64,000 bases of DNA. Origin: Diplonema japonicum (Eukaryota > Protista > Euglenozoa: Diplonemea). The stretch spans positions 310,001 to 374,000 of the forward strand of contig OZ025734.1 of the NCBI GenBank assembly GCA_964019335.1. The letters are read 5' to 3'. Positions within the stretch are counted from its first letter, which is position 1. Each line of letters begins with the position of its first letter. Position numbers and translations under genes: made by a program. The notes below the pieces were generated by a model. The model ran no database searches. It was not told the DNA's origin and saw nothing but the letters and a program-made list of their open reading frames with translations. Of the stretch, positions 53,801 to 61,300 are shown piece after piece.

Positions 53801-56030
53801 AGGAGAAATTCCCCCCGATTACGGTGAGAAGCTGCTCACCACGTACACGGCAGCCTTCAGCAGGGCAGCCCTCCACTGCTGTGACGTACGGGACGCGCCT
53901 GAAGGTCACGTAGGTGTTGATACGGCTTACCTCTTCGCCGATGATGAGGGACAGCTGGAGCTCAGGGTTCGAGGTATGGTACAGCTCTGGCACACGTTCT
54001 TTGAGATCATACAAATCGCAGAAGGCGTGCGACGTATTGACCACGAGAAACCTGTCGCACTCAATGCCAGAGATGAGCAGGCGGCGTCGTGTGTAGGGCG
54101 TCACTAAGGTGTCGAACCCACGCCCTGTGATCGTGATGGGTCCGTCTTGCGAAGGGCAGAGGCCACCGGGTAAGGAACAAAACGCATCGTGCAGCACGGG
54201 CCGTTCGAGGAACGACACAGTAACTAACGGTGGCGAGGTGAAGACGGCGGCGTTGATGGCAACAACGATGCGCGACGAGATGCCCGACATGTCGTAGCCG
54301 GTGAGGTTGCAGTACATTCTGGAGAAGCTGGTCATCTGTAAGTCTCTGGTGGTGTTTAGGTCGCAGGGAAGGCCGGCCACGTTGGCATGCGTCACAGTGT
54401 GCAGGTTGTACCCGTGGATGGTGAGGAGCGTCTCGCCGTTTGTAGGGCATCGCGTCGTAGCCCTTCCAAAGTCGTAGCATCCCGTGACGGCGTTGATCTC
54501 AGGCTTCAGGATCCAAGTCAGTTTCGCCTCGACTGGGAACGTCACACCGCCCACTGCGAGAGTTACCCCGTACTTCCCGCTCTGCCACAATCCGAGTGGT
54601 TCGCACTTGATTGTCTGTGCCCCATCCCGGTACCCTATGTCTCGCACAGCACACGTCCAGTTCCCCAAGGAGCTGTTCTCGGTTACGGGGAACCCTGTTT
54701 CGTCTATTGCGAACAGCCGGATGTCGTAGTCTTCAGGTGTCTCAGCGTACCAAGTGCCCTGCACGTGCATGTAGGTCTCAAACACGCACGACCCTTCGTT
54801 GGTGCACGCGTTTTCGTTGCTCACCCACACCCTCCTCCCTGTGTAGTCATTGCACGCTGTGTATGTCTGTGACCCGAAGCCCTTCTCGATCTCCCCTTTC
54901 GTGCAAAGCTTGTACCCCCTTGTGTTGCACATTGTGTTCGCAGCCTCCCACGTCATGTAGTTGTTGCAACCCCCTGCCGTGTCCCCGTTCACCGCCCCGC
55001 CGCCTATCGTGCAGCAAGCGTGGCGCATTCTAACATCTGCCGTGGTGCACTGCACAGGTGTGTCTGTTATCTGCGAGGCGTCCGCTGCCATCGTCAGCCT
55101 GTGCGGGCCGGGTAGGGTCGAGTACGGCCCAGGGTACTGCGGCCAAGTGTAGTCGCCGCACGAGATGCTCAAGAATTCCCCGTAGTAAGGCGGTATGGTC
55201 AGCGTCACGTTACCCGCCCCTACGAGGGACCCCCACATGATGGTGGGTGTATAGACACCGGGCACGGACCCCAGACGAGGGGACCCCGGCGGGGGGAAAT
55301 AAAGATCGCATTTGAGGTAGTTCTTGTAGTCAGAACCACGGAACGCCAGGATGTTGGTGCAAGGGGCACCAATACGCTCGGACGTGCCCCACTGCACGGC
55401 GTAGTCGTCTGCGGCAAGGAAGCTGGACGGGTAGTCGTATCCTTGCGTTGGGAAGTGACGCCCCGTGAAGGTGATGGCAACAGGCGTCGTGGTGCATGTG
55501 ATGTGCTCGCCCGTATCGTCATCATAAGTACATGCAGAGGTGTCATTGAAAGACACACCAGTGACGATGGGAGGCCCGAAGTGAACGGCACTGGGACCCG
55601 TCACGTTCACACCGTTACTATCAATGACTGTAACAAGGGCAGAAAAGCCACTAGGCATAACGTAGCCAGAACATATGAGGCGGTAGTAGAAAGTGTCGTC
55701 CCAAATGGCATAGGTGTTGGCGGACACTGCCTCGCACTGTGACTCACCGATGAGTACGGTGTGTCCTGAAGGGCCGAAGCCTCTTCCGAAGATGGTTAGT
55801 GGTGGAGGCGGGGTGACCCTCGCGTCGCAGAATGTTGCGGTGCCCGCCTCTCCACCCTCGCACCCCGTTACAACGTCCACTCTCATCTCTTTGTCACTGC
55901 ACACTGCCATTCCTTCCTGGTTTCTGCACCGCCTCAGCAGCTCCCTTTCCAATGATGTTAGCTCTTCCATAACATCATCCCCGCACACGTACAGTCCCAC
56001 CAAGGCTACAGCCGTGGTTACCTTTAGCAT
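44802..56030 (-). CDS. Giant (~3740 aa) receptor-like membrane protein: signal peptide, IPT/TIG-like domains, long EGF/laminin-EGF array, multi-pass TM region, EF-hand-like loop
   Basis: Repeated CSGHGxC...CxCxxG(Y/W)xGxxC; P-x-(I/V)-x-x-V...G-x-x-F TIG-like motifs; YWYWEFVVMTRKL TM motif; DEDGDGDVTFME. Confidence 0.9.
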   Translation of the reverse strand: MLKVTTAVALVGLYVCGDDVMEELTSLERELLRRCRNQEGMAVCSDKEMRVDVVTGCEGGEAGTATFCDARVTPPPPLTIFGRGFGPSGHTVLIGESQCEAVSANTYAIWDDTFYYRLICSGYVMPSGFSALVTVIDSNGVNVTGPSAVHFGPPIVTGVSFNDTSACTYDDDTGEHITCTTTPVAITFTGRHFPTQGYDYPSSFLAADDYAVQWGTSERIGAPCTNILAFRGSDYKNYLKCDLYFPPPGSPRLGSVPGVYTPTIMWGSLVGAGNVTLTIPPYYGEFLSISCGDYTWPQYPGPYSTLPGPHRLTMAADASQITDTPVQCTTADVRMRHACCTIGGGAVNGDTAGGCNNYMTWEAANTMCNTRGYKLCTKGEIEKGFGSQTYTACNDYTGRRVWVSNENACTNEGSCVFETYMHVQGTWYAETPEDYDIRLFAIDETGFPVTENSSLGNWTCAVRDIGYRDGAQTIKCEPLGLWQSGKYGVTLAVGGVTFPVEAKLTWILKPEINAVTGCYDFGRATTRCPTNGETLLTIHGYNLHTVTHANVAGLPCDLNTTRDLQMTSFSRMYCNLTGYDMSGISSRIVVAINAAVFTSPPLVTVSFLERPVLHDAFCSLPGGLCPSQDGPITITGRGFDTLVTPYTRRRLLISGIECDRFLVVNTSHAFCDLYDLKERVPELYHTSNPELQLSLIIGEEVSRINTYVTFRRVPYVTAVEGCPAEGCRVRGEQLLTVIGGNFSSTDTIHVHINGERCGTQTYLDEGRLLCGDYPRSTTMQSPVTIEMNGEWSTERVLLFFRPMCGKPGEKGCSGHGVCTHAAECICMSSQITGHWDGVDCERCKEGYFGLDCVQPCLCPSEGICDYGMNGTGHCTSCATNFTGSLCTPCPGLLVVGEPCYGHGICNDTVFGDGTCTCVSEGWDAMRDCDVCSADYYGLQCEHRCPGGAACSGNGRCDAGFLGTGKCSCDVGWGGTACEIMCPGMPDTVCDGHGECGTNGRCTCYSGPDSGYWAGTDCSSCGLGWSGGSCLSVCAVDSDGRECFGHGSCGDSGCSCIGGYCGSDCRRTTMECALAVCPSAENWGNPATCSAGVCGCFCPTNLDLVCSGHGSCDSGEYGSGRCICNPGRAGVACEHDCSTCYAADGGVCNVDGVCVCKVGYSSQYCEQSCPGANIGNPCGGINRGICSDGHTGTGLCSCLPGYAGDGCTIECFGGAANPCSGHGTCSPTDGSCTCEASRLGGYWDGVVCDRCQTPFFLPLCNETCPGHAPGFSYTCSGHGFCEASTGSCLCDNGGATGSWGGTACEECTVGYFGLNCDQECPGGACNPCSGHGTCSDGIHGTGTCSCLFDNIFGYWVGARCDECAPNYYERDCILPCSGLNTPEGICHGRGICKEGRTGDGQCVCLVPGQAWMGADCNECQVGFYGSLCDKSCPSTNEYACSGNGICSDGKIGFGNCTCSEGWVGATCGSPCPGLNTAEGICNTHGMCEWDIATQAPVCVCHSDSMNGHWDSVTSCQTCMVGYWGPGCTSPCPGSGNGVPCSGRGVVSTCDVVTGTCTCQSGWAGAGCDIECSGGAVAPCSLHGTCDQVTGRCQCHASREQGYWTGVDCSTCLPQYTSVETGCSYKCPEAATCVGCGPQTCSGFGQCVPALNGSAVAVCITCSSSAEVRCGTACDLVGRSNCQQYMCSGPRWGQQCQNWCPGASAGHLVPCSNHGLCDQGKAGSGKCICDTGYVGTMCELKCPDCVLGQGSCNNQGTCTCLPGFASALCDVECPGSFRSPCGAYNSTLLKYELHGVCNDGATGDGKCTCDTGWRGSDCNTRCDGILPNGIPCNGNGICLQYDPLCACSQGLPGYWANDATGSCTVCASGWVGENCTQPCINGATKGKECICHQGYYGPMCDAECLGYTVYARRIRHCNANGVCSDGNTGTGQCTCDPDYFGEACQTYCKVEIHCQQYRRDAVNCGANRCECIRNSTHGYWGGDLCERCEAGFWGSKCLQHCSCSGNMYMCNQLTGACSCYADPVNGYFAGTSCDRCKAGYIGISCQSVDVGITRSGSALSAPASISYKDTGTAITIYDPLVNWVMVTSTPIAVFVLSGGALQYSKTYSASVDFNKKIIGSELKSSTVDLIAEGGFGGVELLVLWRANLTIKSTLQLFAASREHAVLSRYAQLQSVPVLKETLAVGDLWCFIYETVDSLELRFAKNTILHTQSLQAYNTFVFAYSDGAYIAVAGALDGQHGLTAMLTDSTTGAIVSVVDWKDTPGLSQLHGDISYESFFATGDWWYVAVRDRDYLKLVRVNKLELFKVPPVTMVDCAMSNNCTDVMQTTGTWKVTKLQVELGSGSGYVSVVPIVDGKEEPAWMYRFSTSPLRVTGSLQFTYYAGQAEAVHDFTISNSSHALYALSSSLSNVRLVTLNTYYVEAVVPNVADARGGTPVTVLGKGFPTLSGGELPLCRVGTQQMEVLRYNATSVVCMTVNHSNAGCSGSPVDVSFAGPERYTSNNNAKLRRVFSATPVAAVPAKGLTTGGAVVTVSGYGFDFGGYLMCSFYDDTHHTTVPAVYLSSNLATCVQPAWFRSSTKGSSFLKLSQDGSLESVRKVPYEVVGSITELRVTKNGTEDTYIKLPSMSVSTFPLLDIKSIDASKHAIYPLMQEELHVTVSHRVNCITSVVVNQQSIVTTLNYHGAVKLHGISGMPYVSLGKGQAVLGGLHLQRPKAAICELTFEVYSALPGLARSEGPRIRQKYKFEVTAGSGSVLRIIKEPDRIVNPARQLAAPVVELLDNADNPVAPSVTMVLQAEVISNQAEKEFNDSNVGQKWIFRPDSFTNLFVCSCERITMAHALYGVEYSIEFSMPSSPEVAPVVTSPLVRANCLPGEYAVLFTPDCKPCPVGGMCDGTWTIRVSKGHWRWPLTDVPALLDIANADQRAVVYDHYTTFYKCWPSSACTGPSDVTEAPQCRVGHLNTSILCMDCQSGYGFSGDICQKCNPLWLDIILFFLICLAVVVVVGGVMYTTYIDNVKGVKSVGFIQMKQVLSWLQMVAASSDGKTQWPSGMSGFYSLIKKVFSLHTGIGPISCLFDSNYYDIWLFMMLLPVVVTVLLWVGGVAVQLYQALKTKEEDDVKSSLTFDTDITFLLEDSEKESDGGHVPALITDIVGYLIPNTALSKKEEERKTEMMSKRKSQMANLARGFVMPNFPDLFRGTESQLLVALVTKAPPTDVTLIPTGAGLTFVPPVFAFTSETSEVHFSVVGHILGEHDVIFRVTGTDRRYYPAPEPSTVIIFDEWKTGLHDKVSCSLIVFFFFMYPLMLSIMAGLFPCSQIGPHGDYYLKADPRVQCYTTRWWSYVVGNIVCFCVYCLAIPGACIYYMYLNSWCLEHTSVRTKVGFLFRGLKPDYWYWEFVVMTRKLLVVIIGTFTSSLWNKIYIVQWVIGFFLFLNLVLHPFIAEANHSTETLILTSQVITMNIALIYFTDGLAEHVNLMAKLALITVNLLTVLALVLCYFWIWKTLFVLQGKHRRFQTALLGAFDEDGDGDVTFMEIFAVMKNNIIDTWCALMGKKKNKTREWLKGVESQQKVGLASLAAAASVLPYRQQYFVERTMQGTKDISDHILNPLEMELTTEQWLDMKQQTAAQPVVTLPDVEEEGAEETNDVPQDNEVVPPLSVEPPPTPTFSRSRPNPAANYIRMLEGPENVPKSRLRKSLSIQSFMRRGSQRSTPEGTPRSARDREGSAEVSISPPQSPAVSTKGLM

Positions 56031-56752
56031 TACCACGCATAGGGCGGGGGTGCTCCTTTTTTTTTTTTTTTTTTTTTTTTGTAAGCGTTTTAGATAGAAT
56101 AAATCAATATGAACTAGTGGTTAAGAACCCCAAGTAATTCTAAGCTGAAGAAAAAGAGGGGGGGGGGGGACGGGGGATGGGGGATAATTCACAAAAAAAG
56201 AAAGAAGAAAAAAAAGGGGTAAAAATAGGGTTGTAAAGTAGAAGTTCCTATCAAATCTTCTTTTATTTTTTATTTTATTTTTTTTATTATTTTTTTTTTT
56301 TTCAATTCACTCGTTTCTTTTTTTTTTTCTCTTTTTTTTTTTTTTCTCTTTGTGTTCTGGTTCGACGGACAGGGCGTTAATTTTGACAGCCTTCCTCCGT
56401 CTTCCCTTCGGCAATGGTTTTATCGGTGCCTGCACACCCCCTACCAATCCTTGCTACGCTCTCAGGTCTTCGAGTGGTAGAAGTGGTACATGCCTTGTAA
56501 GATGCTTCTCATTAGGCCACATTGTTACTTTGGCACTCTTGAACTAGGCCAGCGCAACAAAGAAAGAATTGGTGATTTCTTTTTTCTTCTTCTTTTTTTT
56601 TTTTTTTTTTTGAAAAAAAGTTCACAAAAGGTTTCCCAAAAGCAAAACAAAAAAAAAAAAAAAAAGGATAAAAAGAGGCAACTGGTAGCCCCTGCACAAG
56701 CACGTGTCTACTTGATACACAAAAATGAAAAAAAAGAAATTCTATTCCACGC

Positions 56753-57886
56753 CTATGTACCGGCAAGGCTTTTAGGTGCTGGCTGAATATTTCTGAGCGG
56801 GTTGAGGGCCTCAGCTACACCGAAGAGAGAGTTGATGGCCGCGGGCGAGTCGTCCGTGGGGTCTGTGGTGGCAATGTACCGCGAGATGACGGTTTCTATG
56901 GGTGAAGTAGGCTCAATGTTTTGCTTCAACTCGTCACGCAGACAGGAGGCTAGCTGCGCTTTGGTTAGATAAGGGTGCTTTGCCTCGTATGTGGAGTACA
57001 TCCTTCGCAGATCTTCCTTCACGGTTTCCTCGATGGCGGGACCCGGTGCTCTCGGTGCATATTCACTTTCTCTGTCTTGCCTGTTCATTGTAGGCGCACC
57101 TAACCCCACAGCTGTGAAGCTGCCTGGTGGTGCACCATGCGGCACGGCGGCAGCTGCACGAACATCGAAAACCAAGTGAAGCCAATCAGTAACATAACGT
57201 AAGTATGCAAACCAAGGTGCTAGAAGTGCGCAGGCAACGGTCATGAAAAGCGACGTGCCTTGGAAGAAGTTCTGCAGCCCCACATCGACAAAAGCGTTGA
57301 ACTCAACAACAAAGATCGGGAGGTCGTGCGTTGCCCACATGAAGAGAACTGCCAAGTACCGCTTCCCCTTCGCTTGCCGTTCAGTAAGCCCGCCTCGTAT
57401 AGTCAGGAACAACATGTGGGAGACAATCCCAGCAAACACAATACACCCCAACGTGAGGATGGCGGCGAAGGCGTTGATCGATGACCGCGACAGCTCGTCG
57501 TCCCTGTGCCGGAACCACTCTGTGTAGCACATGGCGCCCGTCAGTAGCTGTGCTAGGAAAAAGCAGAGTAGATAGAAAGAAAGCATCGACCCTTGTGGTG
57601 TCTCTGTATTCACACCGATGTCTACAGGCAGCCCGAAGTACCCTCGCGAGCCATGCGTCCTCACTGGCCGTGATCTCCCGCTGACGACGGACGTCAGTGC
57701 ACGCGACGCACGCCAACCTGACGATACCAACGATGTGCCGCCATTGTCTTGTATGACAGGTTGTTGCTGTGGGGTTGGTAGTGGAGTGGGTATCGGTGTT
57801 GGGGCGGTGATCTCCTTTATCTCGTTGTTCTCGATTTCTATGAGTTCTGTGGACGACTGTGCGAGAAGGCCGCCTCCGGCTTCCAT
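56753..57886 (-). CDS. Multi-pass membrane protein (about 4 TM); possible upstream exon at about 57970-58138
   Basis: Hydrophobic helices and a HDLPIF motif; CACACAG acceptor at 57904, donor not resolved. Confidence 0.7.
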   Translation of the reverse strand: MEAGGGLLAQSSTELIEIENNEIKEITAPTPIPTPLPTPQQQPVIQDNGGTSLVSSGWRASRALTSVVSGRSRPVRTHGSRGYFGLPVDIGVNTETPQGSMLSFYLLCFFLAQLLTGAMCYTEWFRHRDDELSRSSINAFAAILTLGCIVFAGIVSHMLFLTIRGGLTERQAKGKRYLAVLFMWATHDLPIFVVEFNAFVDVGLQNFFQGTSLFMTVACALLAPWFAYLRYVTDWLHLVFDVRAAAAVPHGAPPGSFTAVGLGAPTMNRQDRESEYAPRAPGPAIEETVKEDLRRMYSTYEAKHPYLTKAQLASCLRDELKQNIEPTSPIETVISRYIATTDPTDDSPAAINSLFGVAEALNPLRNIQPAPKSLAGT

Positions 57887-58389
57887 TTGGCACCCCCCCC
57901 CACCTGTGTGCGTTGGTGTCGTGAGAAAGGACGGGAAGAAGAGAGGAAGAAAGAAACTAATGTTTCTCTACTCTGAAGGCTCGCCAGCACAGTAGCCTAC
58001 AACCTGCGTGTGCACTTCTTGCACATCGCCAGCCCATTCTGGCACGCGCACCAACTCGGCTTTCCTCACCCCTATCACTTGTGGGGTCTCTTCCGGTATC
58101 GCCCCATCCCACTCTGCGACTCTTGCCAGCTGCGGCATCTTTGTGCCGGACAGAAAGAGACTGTTGGTGACTTTATTTAAAAATGGAACTGTGGGCCTGT
58201 GTAACCCCAAGGACCTCTGAGGAAAGGGCGGGGACACTTAGCGGATCTGAAGGGTTAAAAAGAAAGAAAAGGAATAATAATACGAGAAAAGTAACTTACT
58301 GGTGAGGCAAAAGGGAGCGACCATTTTCAGGTCAAGGAGGGGAGGGGGGTATAGGATACTTATGACTTGTGTAAATGAATAGAAAGATG

Positions 58390-61300
58390 TTATAAAAGGT
58401 TATTGGTCACCCAGGTGACTTCTTCGAGGGGGTTGGGGCGGGCGGCGGGGGGGGTGGGGTGGTGCTTTGTGGTGACTTGTCCATGGTGGAGGCGGGAGAC
58501 GGTACTTTGCCACTCCAGTCGGGAGCGGGCAGTGTGACGGCGCTGTGTTCTAAAGAGGTACTTTTTGCCCAGCTGAAGCATCTTTTTTTCGACTTTCTCA
58601 ACGTCCTTGTAGTACAGCCTGTCTGTAAGACGGCTTTCCTGCTCTGTGGTCAGTTTCTTCTGCTGCCCTTCGCCTTGGTAAGCTATCAGCTGCATGATGC
58701 CCTGTCTTTCTCCTGCACAATAGTACAGCCTCTCGATACTTGCTTGCATCGTCTGCGGGTCCATCCCCACACCCTCTTCTCTCTCATCTTTTACGCTCGT
58801 TTCCTTCTGGCTCTTAAACAATGGCCTGTAGTACAGCCTCTCTGTCACGCCTCTCTGCTGGTTCCCAGTCAGCCTTATCCCCTCTTGGCTTTCTGTTGCT
58901 ACACTGGGCTTGTGAAGTTTCGTCCGCCCCCTCGTCAGGCGATCTGTGATCGACAGGATCTCAACGTCAGACTGTTGTAGTTTTGAATTTTTTTTTTCTT
59001 TTTCTTTGCGTGGTTGGGTACTGTACCTTCACTACTTTCTTCCTCTGCACTGCGCTTCGTGAAGTTGTATCAGCGTTGTGTCGTCGTTGCCTACCAAGCC
59101 TGTTTTTTTGTTTTTTGTTTTTGTTTTCCTCTTTTTTCTTTGCAAGGTTTAAAGTAACACTACCTTGCAACTTTAGTGGGTACTGCCACTTGCTCACCTT
59201 CGTATTGCAACACCAGTGTGATCGGTCGATGCCGTGAGCCCACAGCAGGGGGTGCGCATTGCACGCCAGTGCCCAGCAGCGTGGCATTCGAGCCTCCGAA
59301 AATCGCCAGCTTCAAGTCTACAGCAGGGGTTCTGCTTGAGGTCGGTGACTGTGCCCGCTTTGTCCTTTCCGCCGTCATGCACAGCATGATGTGACCTGTG
59401 CGGGGAGACGGGGCCACGCAGCCCTCGTAGGCAACCTTCCTCCAGAAACCCGAGTGGGCGACACCTTCATCGAACACAAATCTGTGGCAGCTGCACAATG
59501 GACCAACCGAGGATTCCCCCCCAAAGATGAACATGGAGACGCCCTGCCCTGTGACAGACACAACAGAGGCCGAGTGGCCTTCGCGAGCCCGCGGTATGTC
59601 CCCACGTGATGACACAGGATGCCAGGTCTTCGTGTCCAGGTCAAACACATGGAAGCAAGACAGGTATTCCACACCGTTTGCCACATTCGACCGCTGCACT
59701 CTCTGCCGCCTGAAACTTGTCTGCTCGAGTCTCTGCACCTTTGAGCTCCTGCACATCAAATCGTCGCTATCGCTGCTGTTATCTTCCTTTTCCTGTGGCG
59801 GGGCTGGTACTGGTTCGCTGATGCATCCTGCCTCGCTGGCATCTCTCACCCCACCAAAGACCCACATCTTACCGTCATGGCGCAGAGCGCTGTGCCCACA
59901 CCTGCCGCTAGGAATCGCACCGTTCTGCACAATCTTTCTCCACTTGTTGTCCAGGAGGTCCAAGCACACCATGTCATCCCGCCTCACTTCTAATATGTTG
60001 GTGATGTCACCTCTGCCAGGCAGCGTCACAGCGCGCACTAGCAGCTGCCATCCTCCCCATACCAGCATCTTGTGACCGCATAATACAGCTGTATGCCCTG
60101 CCCTGTAGTCTTCCGCACCTGTGGCGGCCATCTCACACCATTCACCGCTGTTGAGTTCATAGCACATAGTCGACTTGTGGTACCCAAGGGGAGGACCTCG
60201 CCGTTTGGTTTTATCTCCAGGAGGACGCGGGCTGTAGTGGGAAGGCGAGGGGTTGTATCCCCCCGGTCCGTGACCCCCGTACACGACGATTCTGTTTTTG
60301 AACAGCACGCAGCTGTGCCCATGCCTCTCAAGCCCTAGCCCTGTGGACGACCATTTTCTGCTCGACAAATTGAGCTCATGAAGTTTGTTGTTGAAAAGTC
60401 CATTGCCGCAGACACCACCAACTGTGACCACCTTGTTGGCCTTTTTCAAGTACACGCCTTTGCCTCCAGTGGTCATCGGGTCTGAGCTCTCCATCTGTGG
60501 CTGCAAGACGTACCCCACGGTGAGCATAGGCATGTTGTGTTCAGCAAAAACGGATGCTGTCGCAGCGCGCACCGGCTCTGCGCTTAGGGTGTGTCGCCAA
60601 TTGATGAGGATGGAAGCTGTATTGCGTGTCTCGGTGCACTGAAACAGACGGAGCCACACGGAGCCATTGCCAGCAAGTTCTAATTGCGCTTCACCAACGA
60701 GTGCGAGGGGTGACTCACTCCACACTTCGACTTTCAGGATATCAGTCATGCGGTGAATGGGGAACTGGAACCGTTGGTTCCACACAGGATCGGGGGTGCT
60801 CGCGGGCTGTGTCTGAAACTTCAAACCCTGTTTCGAAGCACCGATACTTCCAACAACAAAGTGCTTGCTGGTGGTCTGCACGGCAAGTCCCTTCCCCTCC
60901 ACTATGCTTACGTGGAATGTCCTCTCGCGGTAGTCCCTGAAGGTCGCCTCCAGCTTCTCCGGCTGTAACCACAGCGCCGCCTTGTCGATGACAACGTTCT
61001 CCGCAGCAACGAAGAGTTTCACGATATCGTCGCGTCTCACCTCCTGCAGCTTACTGCCTTCCAAGTGGCACTGTAGCAGCTGTGTCCGTGTCGATGCTCG
61101 TTCCAAGCTATGTTTAAGTACGATTTGCCCACTCTGTCGTTCGATGCTCACCCATGCGTCCACCTCGGCATTCGACCGCCACGAGCACACAGCATACATA
61201 GACACCAACGGAGCTGTAAGAGACTTGGATTCCATGACGAGCGGCTCCTGTAAGTGATGCCGCTGCACCACGTATTGGTCTATCGAGTCGTTGGTGAGCC

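Noticed and set aside
56350-56560. snR30/U17 homologue (AAACCAT m2 motif)
   Set aside because: No m1 motif and wrong spacing to an ACA/AGA box.
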